Below are positions 48,701 through 61,545 of a DNA stretch of 64,000 nt, piece after piece. Below the pieces are notes generated by a model. It searched no databases. It was not told the origin of the DNA and saw only the letters and a list, made by a program, of their open reading frames with translations. This stretch comes from Macrostomum lignano. Its lineage: Eukaryota. The translations under genes and the position numbers were made by a program. Each line of letters opens with the position of its first letter. Position 1 is the stretch's first letter. The stretch is taken from NCBI GenBank assembly GCA_002269645.1, contig NIVC01000010.1, positions 434,001 to 498,000 of the forward strand. The letters are read 5' to 3'.

Positions 48701-51700
48701 ATCAATGTATGTCAGAAGGATTTTTACCTCAGTTAACAAATCAAAGCTTATTCGACGCCCAACACTTGCGTAAGTATTTGCCAAAAAGATGGTTGAAGCG
48801 GGTCAATTTTGTTTAAAGTTACAGACGATCGTTTCGAATGTCTGTCTAAATATCTCTCGTGAAACCCTCACATTCTAAACAAGACTCAAGAGAAATTGCA
48901 CTCTGAGCCTTAAAATCGCACCTTGAAATTTGGCACAAGGTGCGATTTCGCACCTTATCTCTGGCGAAAAAAAAAACCCAGGGTTCAAAGGCCTATAGGC
49001 CTAATTACATAGGGCCTAGTCTAAGCCAATTTGATGAGCTAATTTATCGGTGCATAACCAAGATGGCCATTGGCCACAGCTCTAAGTCTCTAAATAGGTA
49101 ATAATAAACCTAGGTCTATATATTTCACTTATTTCTTATTGGTAATAATTAAAGAAATGGATGCTAAACGATATTATATTGGAATCGTACATTATATTAG
49201 GCCTCTATATTATAATAATTCCTTTGGCTTTAGCTTTTTTCTAGATCTACATAAGCCTTAGGCTTTGTATAGCAATAAATGAGACATTATAATTGAAATT
49301 TAAAATTTAGGCCCTAAAGGCCCCCTAAAAAATAGAGGAGAAGTGAGTTGAGTGATAGATATAAAGTAATCTTTTTTATTAACTTTTGAATTCTGTTCTT
49401 TCTTTATGTATAATAGGGCCTATAAAAAGTTAACTTATAAGCCTATTAATATATTTTTCTTTTTCTTTTATAACTTTATCTAATTGAAATTAAATATAAA
49501 AATCACTAGTCTAATAGATAATTGGTAATTTTGCCCACAAACTATTTTGGCCATGGACCATTTCTAAACTAGAAATAGACCATTTCATGGATCTTTTTCA
49601 ATTTTGATGACAAATCTTATTCTTTTAGTATCTCTAGCTTTACCTTACTTGTAACCAAAACCCTTTTTCACTCTAATTGTTCAAATTGGCTTTAATTGTC
49701 ACACTTTTGAAAGGAATGACTTTAAAAAAGCTTATAATAATAAAGATACAAGTATGGCTGTATCTCTAAATTATATAATCCCATTTTGGCCAAAATGCCT
49801 ATAGCCAAACTGGTTTATGAGTGAAATAGACTATGGGCAAAATGGTTTGGAGGCAAAATGTCCATGGCCAAAATGATTTGGAGGTAAAACAACTGGTATT
49901 TGTCTAATAGTACCATTACAAAATTGATGATTTAAAACTTTGCATAGCCTATAAGTCATACATGCCCAACACCTGTCCGACCTGTCCAAACTGGACAGGT
50001 AAAATGGCCATTGGCCAAGGTAAGTCGCAAAATAAAAAATGGGAAAATGAAAAAAAAAATTAAGGGAAAAAGAAAGGAGAGGAAGAGAAAAGGAAAAGAA
50101 AGGAGGAAGAAGAAAGAGGACAAAGAGGAGAGAGAAACAGAAAGAGAAGAAAAGGGAACATAGGAACTAAGTTGCAATTAGGAGGAACTAAGTCACAATC
50201 AGGCGGAACTAAGTCGCAATCAGGAGGAACTAAGTTGCAATCAGGAGGAACTAAGTTGCAATCAAGAGGAACTTAGTCACAATCAGGAGGAACTAAGTTG
50301 CAATCGGGAAGAAGTAAGTCGCAAACACAAGGAACTAAGTTGCAATCAGGAGGAACTAAGTCGCAATCAGGAGGAACTAAGTTGCAATCAGGAGGAGCTA
50401 AGTCGCAATCAGGAGGAACTAAGTCACAATCAGGAGGAACTAAGTCACAATCAGGAGGAACTAAGTCCCAATCTGGAAGAAGTAAGTCGCAAACACAAGG
50501 AACTAAGTTTCAATCAGGAGGAACTAAGTCGCAATCAGGAGGAACTAAGTTGCAATCAGGAGGAACTAAGTCGCAATTAGGAGGAACTAAGTTGCACCGG
50601 ACAGGTGAAATTTCGAGGTTGGTCATGTATGCTATAAGTAATATATTTGGTTTTTTTAGGGTACTTATAGACTATGCCAATCTATAGGAATTGACAAAAT
50701 ATAGAAAGTGAGCCCTTATAGTTTGGATTCTATAATAGTATACTAGTATACTAGGTCTAGTAAGAGAAAAAGTATAGAACCTCATTTGTATGCTGGGACT
50801 AAAAAAATATCATTGACAGTGTTTTTATTGTTATGTCATATATACCAATATATGTACCAATATATACTGAAAAATAGTAAGTAACTTTGTTGTACATTAG
50901 GAAATCCTAGTAAATATCACTTCCAAAAGTGTTATAAACTAGAACACTGAAAAGCAATCTAGGATACCAAAATACTAGGCATTAAAAATCATAGGCATGG
51001 AAACCTCCATTGCATTTATAACTATTATAACAATGAATGAATTGCATAATCCAAAGAAATTATATGATCTAGAACATGCTTGTGCACAACCTAGGGATTC
51101 ACCCGGCCATTTCTATTGGCAATATACACATGTAAGTCACTATTGCTATTGGATGGAATAGTAGTCACGTGACTACTTCAGCCAATAGCAACTTACATGT
51201 GTGTGTTGCCAATAGAAATGGCCAAGTGATTCCCAAGGTTGCACATGTATGATCTAGAACAAACAATGTGGTAACTTGTTGTTATTATTGCTAACAATTT
51301 TATAACAATAAAATGCTATCTCTTTGCAAATAAGTAATATTAATATATATTTAGGCCAACTAGCCATGTGCTTTCAGCAGCAAAATATTGTCATGATTGG
51401 TTTGTAGACAACTATGCATAGATACAAAGGGCACTACAAAATTTTTTAGCTATATCTGAAGAGAAATAGCTTTGAAGCTGAAATTTTCATAGCTTCTTAA
51501 AGTATTTTCCACAAGCCTAGATGCAACACCTCATCCCCTTAAACCCAGTGACAAAGCAGTGGTACCACTTGGAGCCATCTTGTCAAATACATCAATAGCC
51601 TCTTCTATAGTCAAAAGTCATATGATGCTAGATTAGGCGAGTATGGCGGGTGACGAGTCAGCTGCAGTCCCTGAGTCTGCAGAAACTGCCATGTTGCCTG

Positions 51701-54700
51701 AGCTATATAAGAGCTCATATTGTCTTAATGTAGTGTCAAGCCTTAGACATCTAACTTTGAATGCATTTTGCTCAGGATGTGGATGACCTATGCCAAGTGG
51801 ACACTAGTATATCAGACCATAGTCACTATGCACTAGTTTAGCAGCTGCACAATTGCCATGTGACCTGAGCGACAGAAAAAAGGTGCAACCATTTTCTTGC
51901 TAGTACTCCTGCCTTGCATAACCTTTGTTGGTTGCACCTTGTCTAAAAATGTCCACACCTGTGACTGGCTTGTATGCTCCTTATCTTCCAACTAGTCTCG
52001 GCCTTGGCCTTATCTTCCAACTAGTCTCGGCCAAAGCAAGTTGTTGACAGTTGCAAGCAACAAAGCCGCTTTTGGAAGCTACTAACAGCCTTTTATAGCA
52101 TTGGTGGCAGTCAAGGCTGCTGCAATAATCATAAAAGATCATGGCACAAAAGTGCTCCCAATTCAGTTCTATGCGCTCCACTGGAAAATGAGCAGAGGTG
52201 CTAAAGTTATTCTGGCTCTAATGGCTGAATGCTGCAAGATATTTATTTGAAATTTTATCTAACATAGTCATATATATTGTTCTGTAAGCCTGTCAAAAAT
52301 CAAGCTAATAGGACAAATAGCAGAGGTATGGCTAAAAACTTTGGAGTGCCCCTTGTAGCATAAGAATAATCATAGACTAGTGATAAGTATGGATTGACCA
52401 TGATTATGGTCATAATCACAAAAATTATGATCACAAGGAAAAATCATGCAGTCTTTTGCCAATCACGATTCCTGAATTTCATGAATTCAACCTTACTTTT
52501 AACAACAAAATAATTATTAGAAAGTGTTACATAAATCTGGTTGATTTCCTTTATTACATTGACTAGAATAGAAAGTGATTGTGAAAATGAAAAGCTAAAC
52601 AAAATTGCAACAAATCAGTGCAGATGCAACATACATAATGAAATATGTCAAACACTATACATGATAAAACAAATCATACACAGAAAAAATCACAGTCAAT
52701 CTCTAGTGATAAGAATTCAATTAATTTCCAAATCATGTGGCTATTAACCACTATCTCAACTTTGTAGACGTGAGCAAATGCTAAATCAAAGTTTTTTTAG
52801 ACATGCAAAGTACCTTCAGGCCACTGTTTGATAGCCATTCGGAGGAGTTTGTCTAGTGGTGCCTGTTTCTATGGAAGGCATATAGCAACCTAATTGTTCT
52901 AGGTGACCTATTGTTACCCTGTTTAGTTGCCAGTGTTACTATAGACTTGTATTTGTATTTTGTATAGTAATTCTAGCTGGCTAGTGTGGACTTTCTATAT
53001 TCTTGGACTTTGTCTCAAACTTGACTAATAATTAGTTTGTAAATTTGACTTTCAACTGTCAAGGCTCATGGGATTTTGGCGGCACCACATTGATAACATC
53101 CGAGTATGTTCGACTGACCTCGGATACAGCGTCTCAGTCTGGCTCGGTCTGGTGCACCACCCCAGTTACTATGCGCAATTGGGAGGCTCATCTGCACTTT
53201 CGAGTACACGGATCTGCTAGCAATCTGTTTGGCGACGGCTTTGCATTCTGGTAGAATTTCATTTGATTTTTGTAGCTTTTAGTCTATTAGGTGCATTGAT
53301 TAAACCCGTTGAAAACGTTACCAGGACAAGAATTGCTAAGTAGTCATTGTAAACAAATCAGTAGTGACTCTAGCAACACTGGGGCGACTCTTGTGACTTT
53401 TTAACGACTCAAAACTGTTAATGTGACGGAAGAGGCGACTGCTGAGTCACGAACGCATCACGTGAGTTGCAGAAGTGTACTCCCGAAAAAGTCGCGAAAA
53501 AAGTCGTCTAAGAGTATATAAATGCGTAATGCAATTCTTATTGATGAAGTGATGCGCGTGACTCTGGAACGATTCTTGGCCTAGGTACCGTTTTCATCGG
53601 AAAGGTTATTCTAATTGAAAAAGATAAACATATTGTCTATCAAATTTGTCAATACACAAAATTTTTATATCTTCAAAAACTCACACTCGTTCTCGTATAA
53701 GCTATCGTATAGGCTCTTCCATAACTCAGAAACCAAAGTATTAATTCAAGATCCGTTCGACCATAAAAATCGCCCCGACCCGCCATGAGAATCTCCCCCC
53801 AACCCACCACAAGAATCGCTCCCAACCCACCACAAGAATCGCCCCGACCCGCCATGAGAATCGCCCCCAACCCACCATAAGAATCGCCTCCAACCCATTA
53901 TGAGAATCGCCCCCAACCCATTATGAGAATCGCCCCCAACCCATTATGAGAATCGCCCTCAACCCACCATGAGGATCGCCCCCAACCCACCATGAGATCG
54001 CCCCCAACCCACCATGAGAATCGCCCCCAACCCACCATGAGATCGCCCCCAACCCACCATGAGAATCGCCCCCAACCCACCATAAGAATCGCCCCCAACC
54101 CATTATGAGAATCGCCCCCGACCCATTGGAATCGCCCCAACCCATTATGAGAATCGCCCCCAACCCACCATGAGAATCGCCCCCAACCCACCACAAGAAT
54201 CGCCCCGACCCACCATGAGAATTGCCCCCAACACACCATGAGAATCACCCAAACCCACCATAAAAATCGCCCCAACCCATTATGAGAATAGCCCCCAACC
54301 CACCATGAGAATCGCCCCCAACCCACCATGAGAATCGCCCCCAACCCACCATAAGAATCGCCCCCAACCCACCATGAGAATCGCCCCCAACCCACCATGA
54401 GAATCGCCCCCAACCCACCATGAGAATCGCCCCCAACCCACCATAAGAATCGCCCCCAACCCACCATGAGAATCGCCCCCAACCCACCATAAGAATCGCC
54501 CCCAACCCACCATGAGAATCGCCCCCAACCCACCATGAGAATCGCCCCCAACCCACCATAAGAATCGCCCCCAACCCACCATGAGAATCGCCCCCAACCC
54601 ACCATAAGAATCGCCCCAACCTATTATGAGAATAGCCCCCAACCCACCATGAAAATCGCTCAAAAACCGCTGTCATTCCGCAGGTACGTGGACCCCAGCA

Positions 54701-56712
54701 ACCGGTTCGCGGGCCCAGTATTCGGCAACCAGGACCAGTTCCGCGGCCTAGGCGTATTCTTTGACACCTACAGCAATCACAACGGGCCGCATAGCCACGA
54801 TCATCCCTACATATCGGCTATGGTTAGCAACGGTAGCCATAGTTACGATCACGACCGCGACGGCACCCATTCGCAGTTGGCGGGTTGCACGGCAAAGTTT
54901 CGCAATCGGGATCACGACACTTTGGCCGCTATTAGCTACGTTGACAATGTGCTGACCGTGTCTACCGATATTGACAATAAGGTTTGTGCTAGCAATCCTC
55001 CCGTTAAGGAGCCAGCAAAGAATGGAATAAAATGTTGAATAAACTGCATCTTAAACTTCTGACCTCTAAGCCGTGACAACACAGCAATCCCCCCTCAACA
55101 TTGACATCTCAGCAATTCCCTATAGGCCTTGACTTCTCAGCAAGTCCCCCCATAGGCCTTGACTTCTCAGCAATTCCCCCCATAGGCCTTGACTTCTCAG
55201 CAATTCCCCCCATAGGCCTTGACTTCTCAGCAATTCCCCCCATAGGCCTTGACTTCTCAGCAATTCCCGCCATAGGCCTTGACATCTCAGCAATCCCCCC
55301 CCGTAGGCCTTCACATCTCAGCAATTCCCCCCGTAGGCCTTGACATCTCAGAAAATACCCCAGTAAGCCTTGCCTTGGTTTGTTCTTAATAGTAGTGTGT
55401 ATAGTTTTAATAACAAAATTAATTACCTTTCATTAGAAATGTTGACCTATAGTCCTATTCTAACAATTAATAGTGCATTTTCATAGGCAAACAGTATTGT
55501 CTTGCAATTTGTAAGGCTTTAGAATCGCTAGTCTACGTATACTTAAAGATAGTGCACTGTAATATTGTTTGTAAATTCGTCAAAACTCTGTAAATTATTT
55601 CGTTTTTTGTTTGGAATTAATTTTAATTCGTTATTAAAATGCTTAGTAAGTAAAGTAACATACCTGTCTACTAACTAAGTAGTATTGAGTAGCAAATGCG
55701 TGCCCAATTTTCGTGTTTTTTCCAACAGGGAATGTGGCAGCGCTGTCTTCGAGTAACCAACGTTCGCCTGCCAACTCATTTCATTTTTGGGGCCAGCGCT
55801 ATGACTGGCGATTTGTCTGATAATCACGATCTGCTCTCCATCAAAATCTACGAGGTTGACTATCCTAAGGTGAGCATTTTGGGGCGTTTTTTGCCGAATT
55901 TCTTTGTATAGATATTTATTCAGATCCCGTCTCCTTTTGCCTTCTGGAAAACTCTATTATAAGATTATTCTCCCCTCTGCTCAGAATCTCTCTAAAAGGA
56001 TTTCCCTCAGCATGTCTACTATTATTATTACTCTTATACACTTTTGACAGAGATCCTCAGACATACGGGACCTGACCACCGACTACAGGAATATTGAGCC
56101 ATCAGCAGAGGCCTCGGAGCCCGAGAGAGGTCGGTGAAACACTTTGCTTTCGAATTGTGTACTCGACTTGCTCATGCCCCTAAACACCCATAGAAAGGCA
56201 TATATATATATACGTTATGTCTTAAGACACCCCTTAGGACGCCTTCTTATGTGTCAGCGGCCCAGGCTCGATTCCCAGTGCAGTCACTTTGATTTGGGGG
56301 CTGAATTGGAATCTCGGCTTGGCTCTGCTCGTGCAATTAGCGCCATTGAAGGCCAACCCCCAAGGCACAGTGAAGTGTACATGACTAACGATAATAAAGT
56401 TAGGACCGCTGTACACCTATGTGAGTGTGTGCCTGTGCGTATGACTGCGTACGTATCGCCGGTTGTGTGACAATGTCGCTCAAGAAGAAGAATCCCATAC
56501 AGCTGACGCGCACGACGACATCAGACCTTTGATTTTCAAATTCCGCACCTCACTGACCCTCAGAGCACGTGGACCAACCGGTGCCCAGTCGGTGGACCGG
56601 GTTTCGCATCTTCCTGCTCATCCTGTTCTCTCTCATTGCCATTGCCGCAGTCATTGTTGGCCTTTATTTTTACTACACTAAGCAAGAAGAGAACAGGAAG
56701 CGTTTCTACTAA
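45794..56712 (+). CDS. LMAN2: VIP36/LMAN2-like L-type lectin; exons 45794-46010, 53064-53250, 54684-54981, 55729-55869, 56051-56129, 56564-56712
   Basis: FLKKEYSLSKPYHG, WDFGG..YVRLT, GDGFAFWY, GLGVFFDTY, YDHDRDG, FGASAMTGDLSDNHD, a TM helix and the C-terminal RKRFY*. All GT-AG junctions are phase-compatible. The exact start codon is uncertain. Confidence 0.92.
46385..48874. mobile_element. Long-TIR (about 490 bp) foldback-type element (middle layer)
   Basis: 46385-46416 plus 46800-47253 is the near-identical reverse complement of 48389-48874; part of the arm is directly duplicated at about 47254-47395. Confidence 0.85.
46417..46790. mobile_element. Mutator-like MITE (inner layer)
   Basis: 9-bp TSD attcagaca at 46408-46416 and 46791-46799; imperfect TIRs ctccctaaaa..cgccc; AT-rich core. 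Confidence 0.75.
50160..50597. repeat. 21-bp minisatellite AACTAAGTCGCAATCAGGAGG, about 20 units
   Basis: Source of the QSGGTKS ORF. Confidence 0.9.
51075..51251. mobile_element. Palindromic hAT-type MITE, copy 2
   Basis: Homologous to 32881-33054 in reverse orientation; perfect 8-bp TSD atctagaa at 51067-51074 and 51252-51259. Confidence 0.85.
51425..52355 (-). mobile_element. Degenerate, internally deleted mariner (Tc1/mariner) element
   Basis: About 27-bp TIRs caaagggcactacaaaattttttagc / gctaaaaactttggagtgccccttg flanked by TA. Minus-strand remnants QGRSTSKKMVAPFFCRSGH and LH*DNMSS match mariner transposase motifs. Confidence 0.8.
53340..53605 (-). repeat. Inverted, deleted copy of the GACTC-rich dispersed repeat in LMAN2 intron 2
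   Basis: Reverse complement matches 30209-30237 and 30555-30680. Confidence 0.7.
53765..54655. repeat. 23-bp minisatellite GAGAATCGCCCCCAACCCACCAT, about 38 units
   Basis: Tandem units in LMAN2 intron 2, ending about 28 nt before the acceptor. Confidence 0.95.
55100..55345. repeat. 30-bp minisatellite, about 8 units
   Basis: ccccataggccttgacttctcagcaattcc repeated in LMAN2 intron 3. Confidence 0.92.
56251..56481 (+). mobile_element. SINE family B, truncated copy 3, in LMAN2 intron 5
   Basis: Matches 19749 onward, with an internal deletion. Confidence 0.8.
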
Positions 56713-57359
56713 TAACAGACAGTTTATTGAAGTGCCCGGAAGTCTAACCGTTTTCTATTTTATCTAGCTGGTGTCTAACTTTAACCTCGGTGTGTTTATC
56801 CGTGTTTTTGCTTAGCCTAACTTAACTTTATTGTACTCTAACAAAAATTATATAAATCAAATTGCCCTGTCCCAACCCAATTGTGCTACTGAGTTCTCAC
56901 ATTATTAGTAGGCTAATGCGGACGCGAATTTACGAATTTGTATTGTTTTTTTTATTTGAAACGCCGCCACTTTTCTGCCCCTTTCTTTATCTCGCTGTCC
57001 GCTTGTAGTTTTTTCAGATAATTTCCATTCTGTTCTTTGCTCTGTATTTTAATAGTAGGTCTTCTGGCTTTTATTATTATTTTTGCTGCAAATCATGAGC
57101 AAAAGTTGTTAAATTTGTCAACACTAAAGTTTCATTACAACTTGAGTAATATTGTTATACGAGTACATGAAAACTAACACAGTTTATTGTACAAATTGAT
57201 GCTATAACTTCACTAAAACTATTTATATACAATACACACACTTGAGTAGCTAATGAAAATGTTCATACATTTGTCAAAAAATACGTTTTGTTTCATTTTA
57301 TCAAACCGTTAGGAGACCGAAGTCATTCCTATTAATTCTACGTTATTTGACAGTTTAGC

Positions 57360-57690
57360 GCCTCAATGTCTTTTAGACATGGCGCCTCAATGTCTTTTAT
57401 ACATGGCGCCTCAATGTCTTTTCGACATGACGCCTCAATGTCTTTCAGACATGACGCCTCAATGTCTTTTCGACATGACGCCTCAATGTCTTTTAGACAT
57501 GACGCCTCAATGTCTTTTAGACATGGCGCCTCAATGTCTTTTAGACATGGCGCCTCAATGTCTTTTAGACATGGCGCCTCTCAATATCTATTAGACATGG
57601 CGCCTCTCAATATCTAGTAGACAGGGCGCCTCTCAATTTCTAGTAGACAGGGCGCCTCTCAATTTCTATTAGACATGGCGCCTCTCAATG
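57360..57690. repeat. 24-bp minisatellite ATGTCTTTTAGACATGGCGCCTCA
   Basis: About 12 units, degenerating at the 3' end. Confidence 0.92.
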
Positions 57691-58499
57691 TCTTTTGAAG
57701 GCCGGCAGACACGGCTCGCTTATATTGGTCTTAAATTTGTCTGTATAAGATTATCGGGCTCTCTTAAATCTTAGTTAATATATAACCGAATTCATCTTCA
57801 ACTTGAGACTTTTGCAATTAAATTTCTTTAGTTGGCGCAACTGCTCCCCTGTGCCAACTGGCAGAGACTAGCAGTGAAATAAAGCCTGCCTGCACCGCCC
57901 CCTGCCTTCGTGACTGCATGGTATATTCAATTTTTTTGCTTTAATTTCCTTTCGTTTGGCCCGCTTCTGGGCCAGTTGAGGTGGGAGAAATATTAGGAGG
58001 AATGGGGAGAATTCTCCCTGCTCTGGCAATGCAGTTTGCTTTCTCCATCGGATGGAAGAAGTCAATTTTTATTCCGGAGTGGCAGTCCTAGATTTATAGC
58101 TTTTAATACTAAGCCTTGGTGGAGTGCCTGCTTACCTTGAGCTGGCTTGAACTATGCAGCTGAGACTTATTGATTGGGCTTTAAGTAATTGGAATTTTTT
58201 TTACCTTAAGCTCTGGAGAATGTTTAATTCCTTTTCCACTTTTATAGGATCAGTGTCCTCCCAGTGGTATCGATTTTCATCTCTCTGAGGCTCAGATGGG
58301 CGAGCTTTTATTGTTTACTTGGCCTTTTCTGCGCTCGCGCAGCTTTAAGCTGTGAATTTGTTCTTAAAAACATTTTCGTCTTGCTCCAACACAAAAACAT
58401 TGAAATTCTGAGGCTGTACGAGATAAAATCCCAGCAAACTTTACTTGCGGTACAAAGCAATCATAATTTTGGATACTAGAATTTGTGCCGTGTTCTATA

Positions 58500-59345
58500 C
58501 AGCAAACCTTGCTGTATTTTGTACAACTGGCAGAGTTCCATCTTGTCCAGATGACAGAGTCCGATCCTATCCTGTACAGCTGGCAAAATGTTTATCTTAT
58601 ACAGTCGGCAAAGTTGTACCTTGTACAGATGGCAGACTTCCATCTTGTACAGCTGGCAGAGTTTCATCTTGTCCAGATGACAGAGTCCGATCCTATCCTG
58701 TACAGCTGACGAAATTTTTATCTTATACAGTCGGCAGAGTTGTACCTTGTACAGATGGCAGACTTCCATCTTGTACAGCGGGCAAAAGTTGTATCTTGTA
58801 CAGCTGGCAGAGTTCCATCTTGTACAGATGAGAGTCCGATCCTATCCTGTACAGCTGACGAAATTTTTATCTTATACAGTCGGCAGAGTTGTACCTTGTA
58901 CAGATGGCAGACTTCCATCTTGTACAACTGGCAGAGTTCCATCTTGTACAGATGAGAGTCCGATCCTATCCTGTACAGCTGACGAAATTTTTATCTTATA
59001 CAGTCGGCAGAGTTGTACCTTGTACAGATGGCAGACTTCCATCTTGTACAACTGGCAGAGTTCCATCTTGTACAGATGAGAGTCCGATCCTATCCTGTAC
59101 AGCTGACGAAATTTTTATCTTATACAGTCGGCAGAGTTGTACCTTGTACAGATGGCAGAGTTTCATCTTGTACAGCGGGCAAAAGTTGTATCTTGTACAG
59201 CTGGCAGAGTTTCATCTTGTCCAGATGACAGAGTCCGATCCTATCCTGTACAGCTGGCAAAATTTCTATCTTATACAGTCGGCAGAGTTGTACCTTGTAC
59301 AGATGGCAGACTTCCATCTTATACAGCTGGCAGAGTTCTATCTGG
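58500..59345. repeat. Higher-order repeat (124-151-bp units built from about 24-bp subunits)
   Basis: Marker gagtccgatcc at 58557, 58683, 58832, 58956, 59080 and 59231; subunit cttgtacag(c/a)tggcagagtt(c/t)cat. Confidence 0.9.
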
Positions 59346-60003
59346 TCCAACGCAAGGACGGTATTTTATCTTGCACTCCAGCAGATTATTCTGCAGCGAA
59401 CTGATGTGCGTGTAAGGGAAGCACAAATGATAAACAGCTAACAGTAGCATAAAATATTGTTGTGTTGCTACGCTAACGGAACTCCTAGCTATGGTTGCCG
59501 AGATTTAGCCAGCTTAATTTACGAGTCGTCATCTCTGCCCGTAGTCCTCTAACCGCATGCAAATGCAATATAGTCGGTAGAGTGTTTGCGCAGCCTCGGA
59601 GCATCATAGGGCTCGAATGAATTATCGGTCACTTCGAGTTCAAAGCGATATATTTCATTCTGACAAGCGTATAAGCTATAGATAGCCATTTGATCTCCTC
59701 GGCAAAGAAAAACAACAAAATTTGACAGGTTTGGGACAAAATCCCCTGCCAGATAAGGAGGATTTTGTTCTGAGAGGAAGAGAACTTTCCCTCTGCAATG
59801 ACGAACTGCAGTCGAGCGATCTAATTGGTTCAGCAGCTGAGCCGTCCAATCATTGTGGATTCGTTGGGTTCCGCGTCGAACCGTGACTAACATATACGGA
59901 GCAGGCCGCGATGCAGTTCAAAAAAACTACAATTTTCTAACCGGCATTACGAAGAATGACTGATCGGTTCTTGGATTTTTTGAGAGTTTTTTAAGTTACC
60001 AGA

Positions 60004-61284
60004 ATGCCCACCAACTGCTCCGATTATTTGAAAGGCAGCGTTTCTTGGGCCTACAACTCTAGCTGTAGTGCCAGCAACGTCTCTGACGACTCCGATTCCG
60101 TTGGAAACTCCGTTGCTCTTTCGGTTGTCAAGGCAACCTTGATGACCATAATAATAGTGCTAGCTCTGGCCGGCAATGCGCTGGTCATTGTTGCCGTTCT
60201 GAAGTTCCGTCGGCTGCGCATTGTAGTGACGAACGCTTTCATCGTATCGCTGGCTTGCGCCGACTTTCTCGTAGCCCTGCTAGTGATGCCGTTCAACGCC
60301 ATGCAGATTGTCGGCGGTCGCTGGCCTCTGGGCCGAGTTCTGTGCAATGTTTTTAATTCTAATGACGTCTTCTTCAGCACGGCGTCCACCTTGCACCTCT
60401 GCTGCATCGGCACCGATCGCTACATCGCCATCATGGATCCGTTCGAGTACGAACGTCGAATGTCCAGGCGCCGAGTCAGTCTGATGATCTGCTTCAGCTG
60501 GTTAGCCTCGTTGTTAATATCCTACATACCTGTGCACACGGGAATTTACACAACCTCGGAGAGTCTGCGCCAGTCCAGGCTAAACCCGACCCTGTGCGTG
60601 TTTGAAGTCAACCGAGTCTACGCCCTGATCTCTTCTACCGTGTCCTTCTGGATCCCCTGCGTCACAATGACCTTCGTCTACGCTAGAATCTACGGCGAGG
60701 CGCACAAGCAGGAGAAGGAGATCTACAAGATGCAGAAGCTGGTGCAGAGCGTGGAGACTGGCTGCTCTGCTAAGCCTCTGCTCGAAGCAAACAGTTGCGC
60801 CCCATCATCAAGCGGTCAGCAGCAGCAACTGCAGCAGCAGCTGCGCTCCGAGCAGTCCACTCCTAGCAACCACCGAGACCGTCGTCGAATGAAACGCGAG
60901 CACAAGGCCGCTAAGACTCTCGGTATCATCATGGGCTGCTTCATCGCCTGCTGGGTGCCCTTCTTCAGCTGGTACACCATCACCCAGGCCGTGTGCCGCT
61001 CCTGCCCCTATCCGGAGGTTCTGGTCGAAATTCTATTCTGGATTGGCTACTTCAACTCCTCGTTGAATCCGCTTATTTACGCCTTTTTCAATCGGGAATT
61101 TCGGCACGCTTTCAACAAGTTGCTGCGGCTGGACCGGCTGTGCCGACGCTCGTTCGCCAGGCGTCGAGCTGGAGGCGCCGGCTTAAACGGCGGCGATCCG
61201 TTCACCCAGGGGTGCCGAATTGGGGGTGGCGGCACCGGCGGAGGCCTGGGCAACAGGTACTCCATTGCCGACAGTCAGTTGTGA
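60004..61284 (+). CDS. Intronless rhodopsin-class biogenic-amine GPCR, octopamine beta-receptor-like
   Basis: 7 TM segments; TM3 NSNDVFFSTASTLHLCCIGTDRY; REHKAAKTLGIIMG..CWVPFF; WIGYFNSSLNPLIY; N-terminal N-glycosylation sites. 426 aa. Confidence 0.9.
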   Translation: MPTNCSDYLKGSVSWAYNSSCSASNVSDDSDSVGNSVALSVVKATLMTIIIVLALAGNALVIVAVLKFRRLRIVVTNAFIVSLACADFLVALLVMPFNAMQIVGGRWPLGRVLCNVFNSNDVFFSTASTLHLCCIGTDRYIAIMDPFEYERRMSRRRVSLMICFSWLASLLISYIPVHTGIYTTSESLRQSRLNPTLCVFEVNRVYALISSTVSFWIPCVTMTFVYARIYGEAHKQEKEIYKMQKLVQSVETGCSAKPLLEANSCAPSSSGQQQQLQQQLRSEQSTPSNHRDRRRMKREHKAAKTLGIIMGCFIACWVPFFSWYTITQAVCRSCPYPEVLVEILFWIGYFNSSLNPLIYAFFNREFRHAFNKLLRLDRLCRRSFARRRAGGAGLNGGDPFTQGCRIGGGGTGGGLGNRYSIADSQL

Positions 61285-61545
61285 TTTCCTTCTAGGACTG
61301 CATCGATTGAGTTGCTGTCTTGTCTTGTCTGACTGCTTGGCACGTGTACAAGTCACTGGTAGCTTATGGTACAGCTTATTCTAAGTTTAATCAAAGTTTT
61401 GATTTATCTGTCACTCGTGCTTGTAATTTTAGCAACTCTCTGTTCAGAATATCAACATTTTAGCCTTTTAAATTTTGGCATTAATTGCTTGTAACGGCAC
61501 CTTTATTCAATATTTTCTTAATAGTCCTGCTTCTCAAACATTTTT

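Larger units (their letters stand above)
46112..48981. mobile_element. hAT-like non-autonomous element (outer layer) in LMAN2 intron 1
   Basis: cagggttt / aaacccag ends; perfect 8-bp TSD ggttcaaa at 46104-46111 and 48982-48989; aaatcgcacc subterminal motifs at both ends. Confidence 0.8.
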
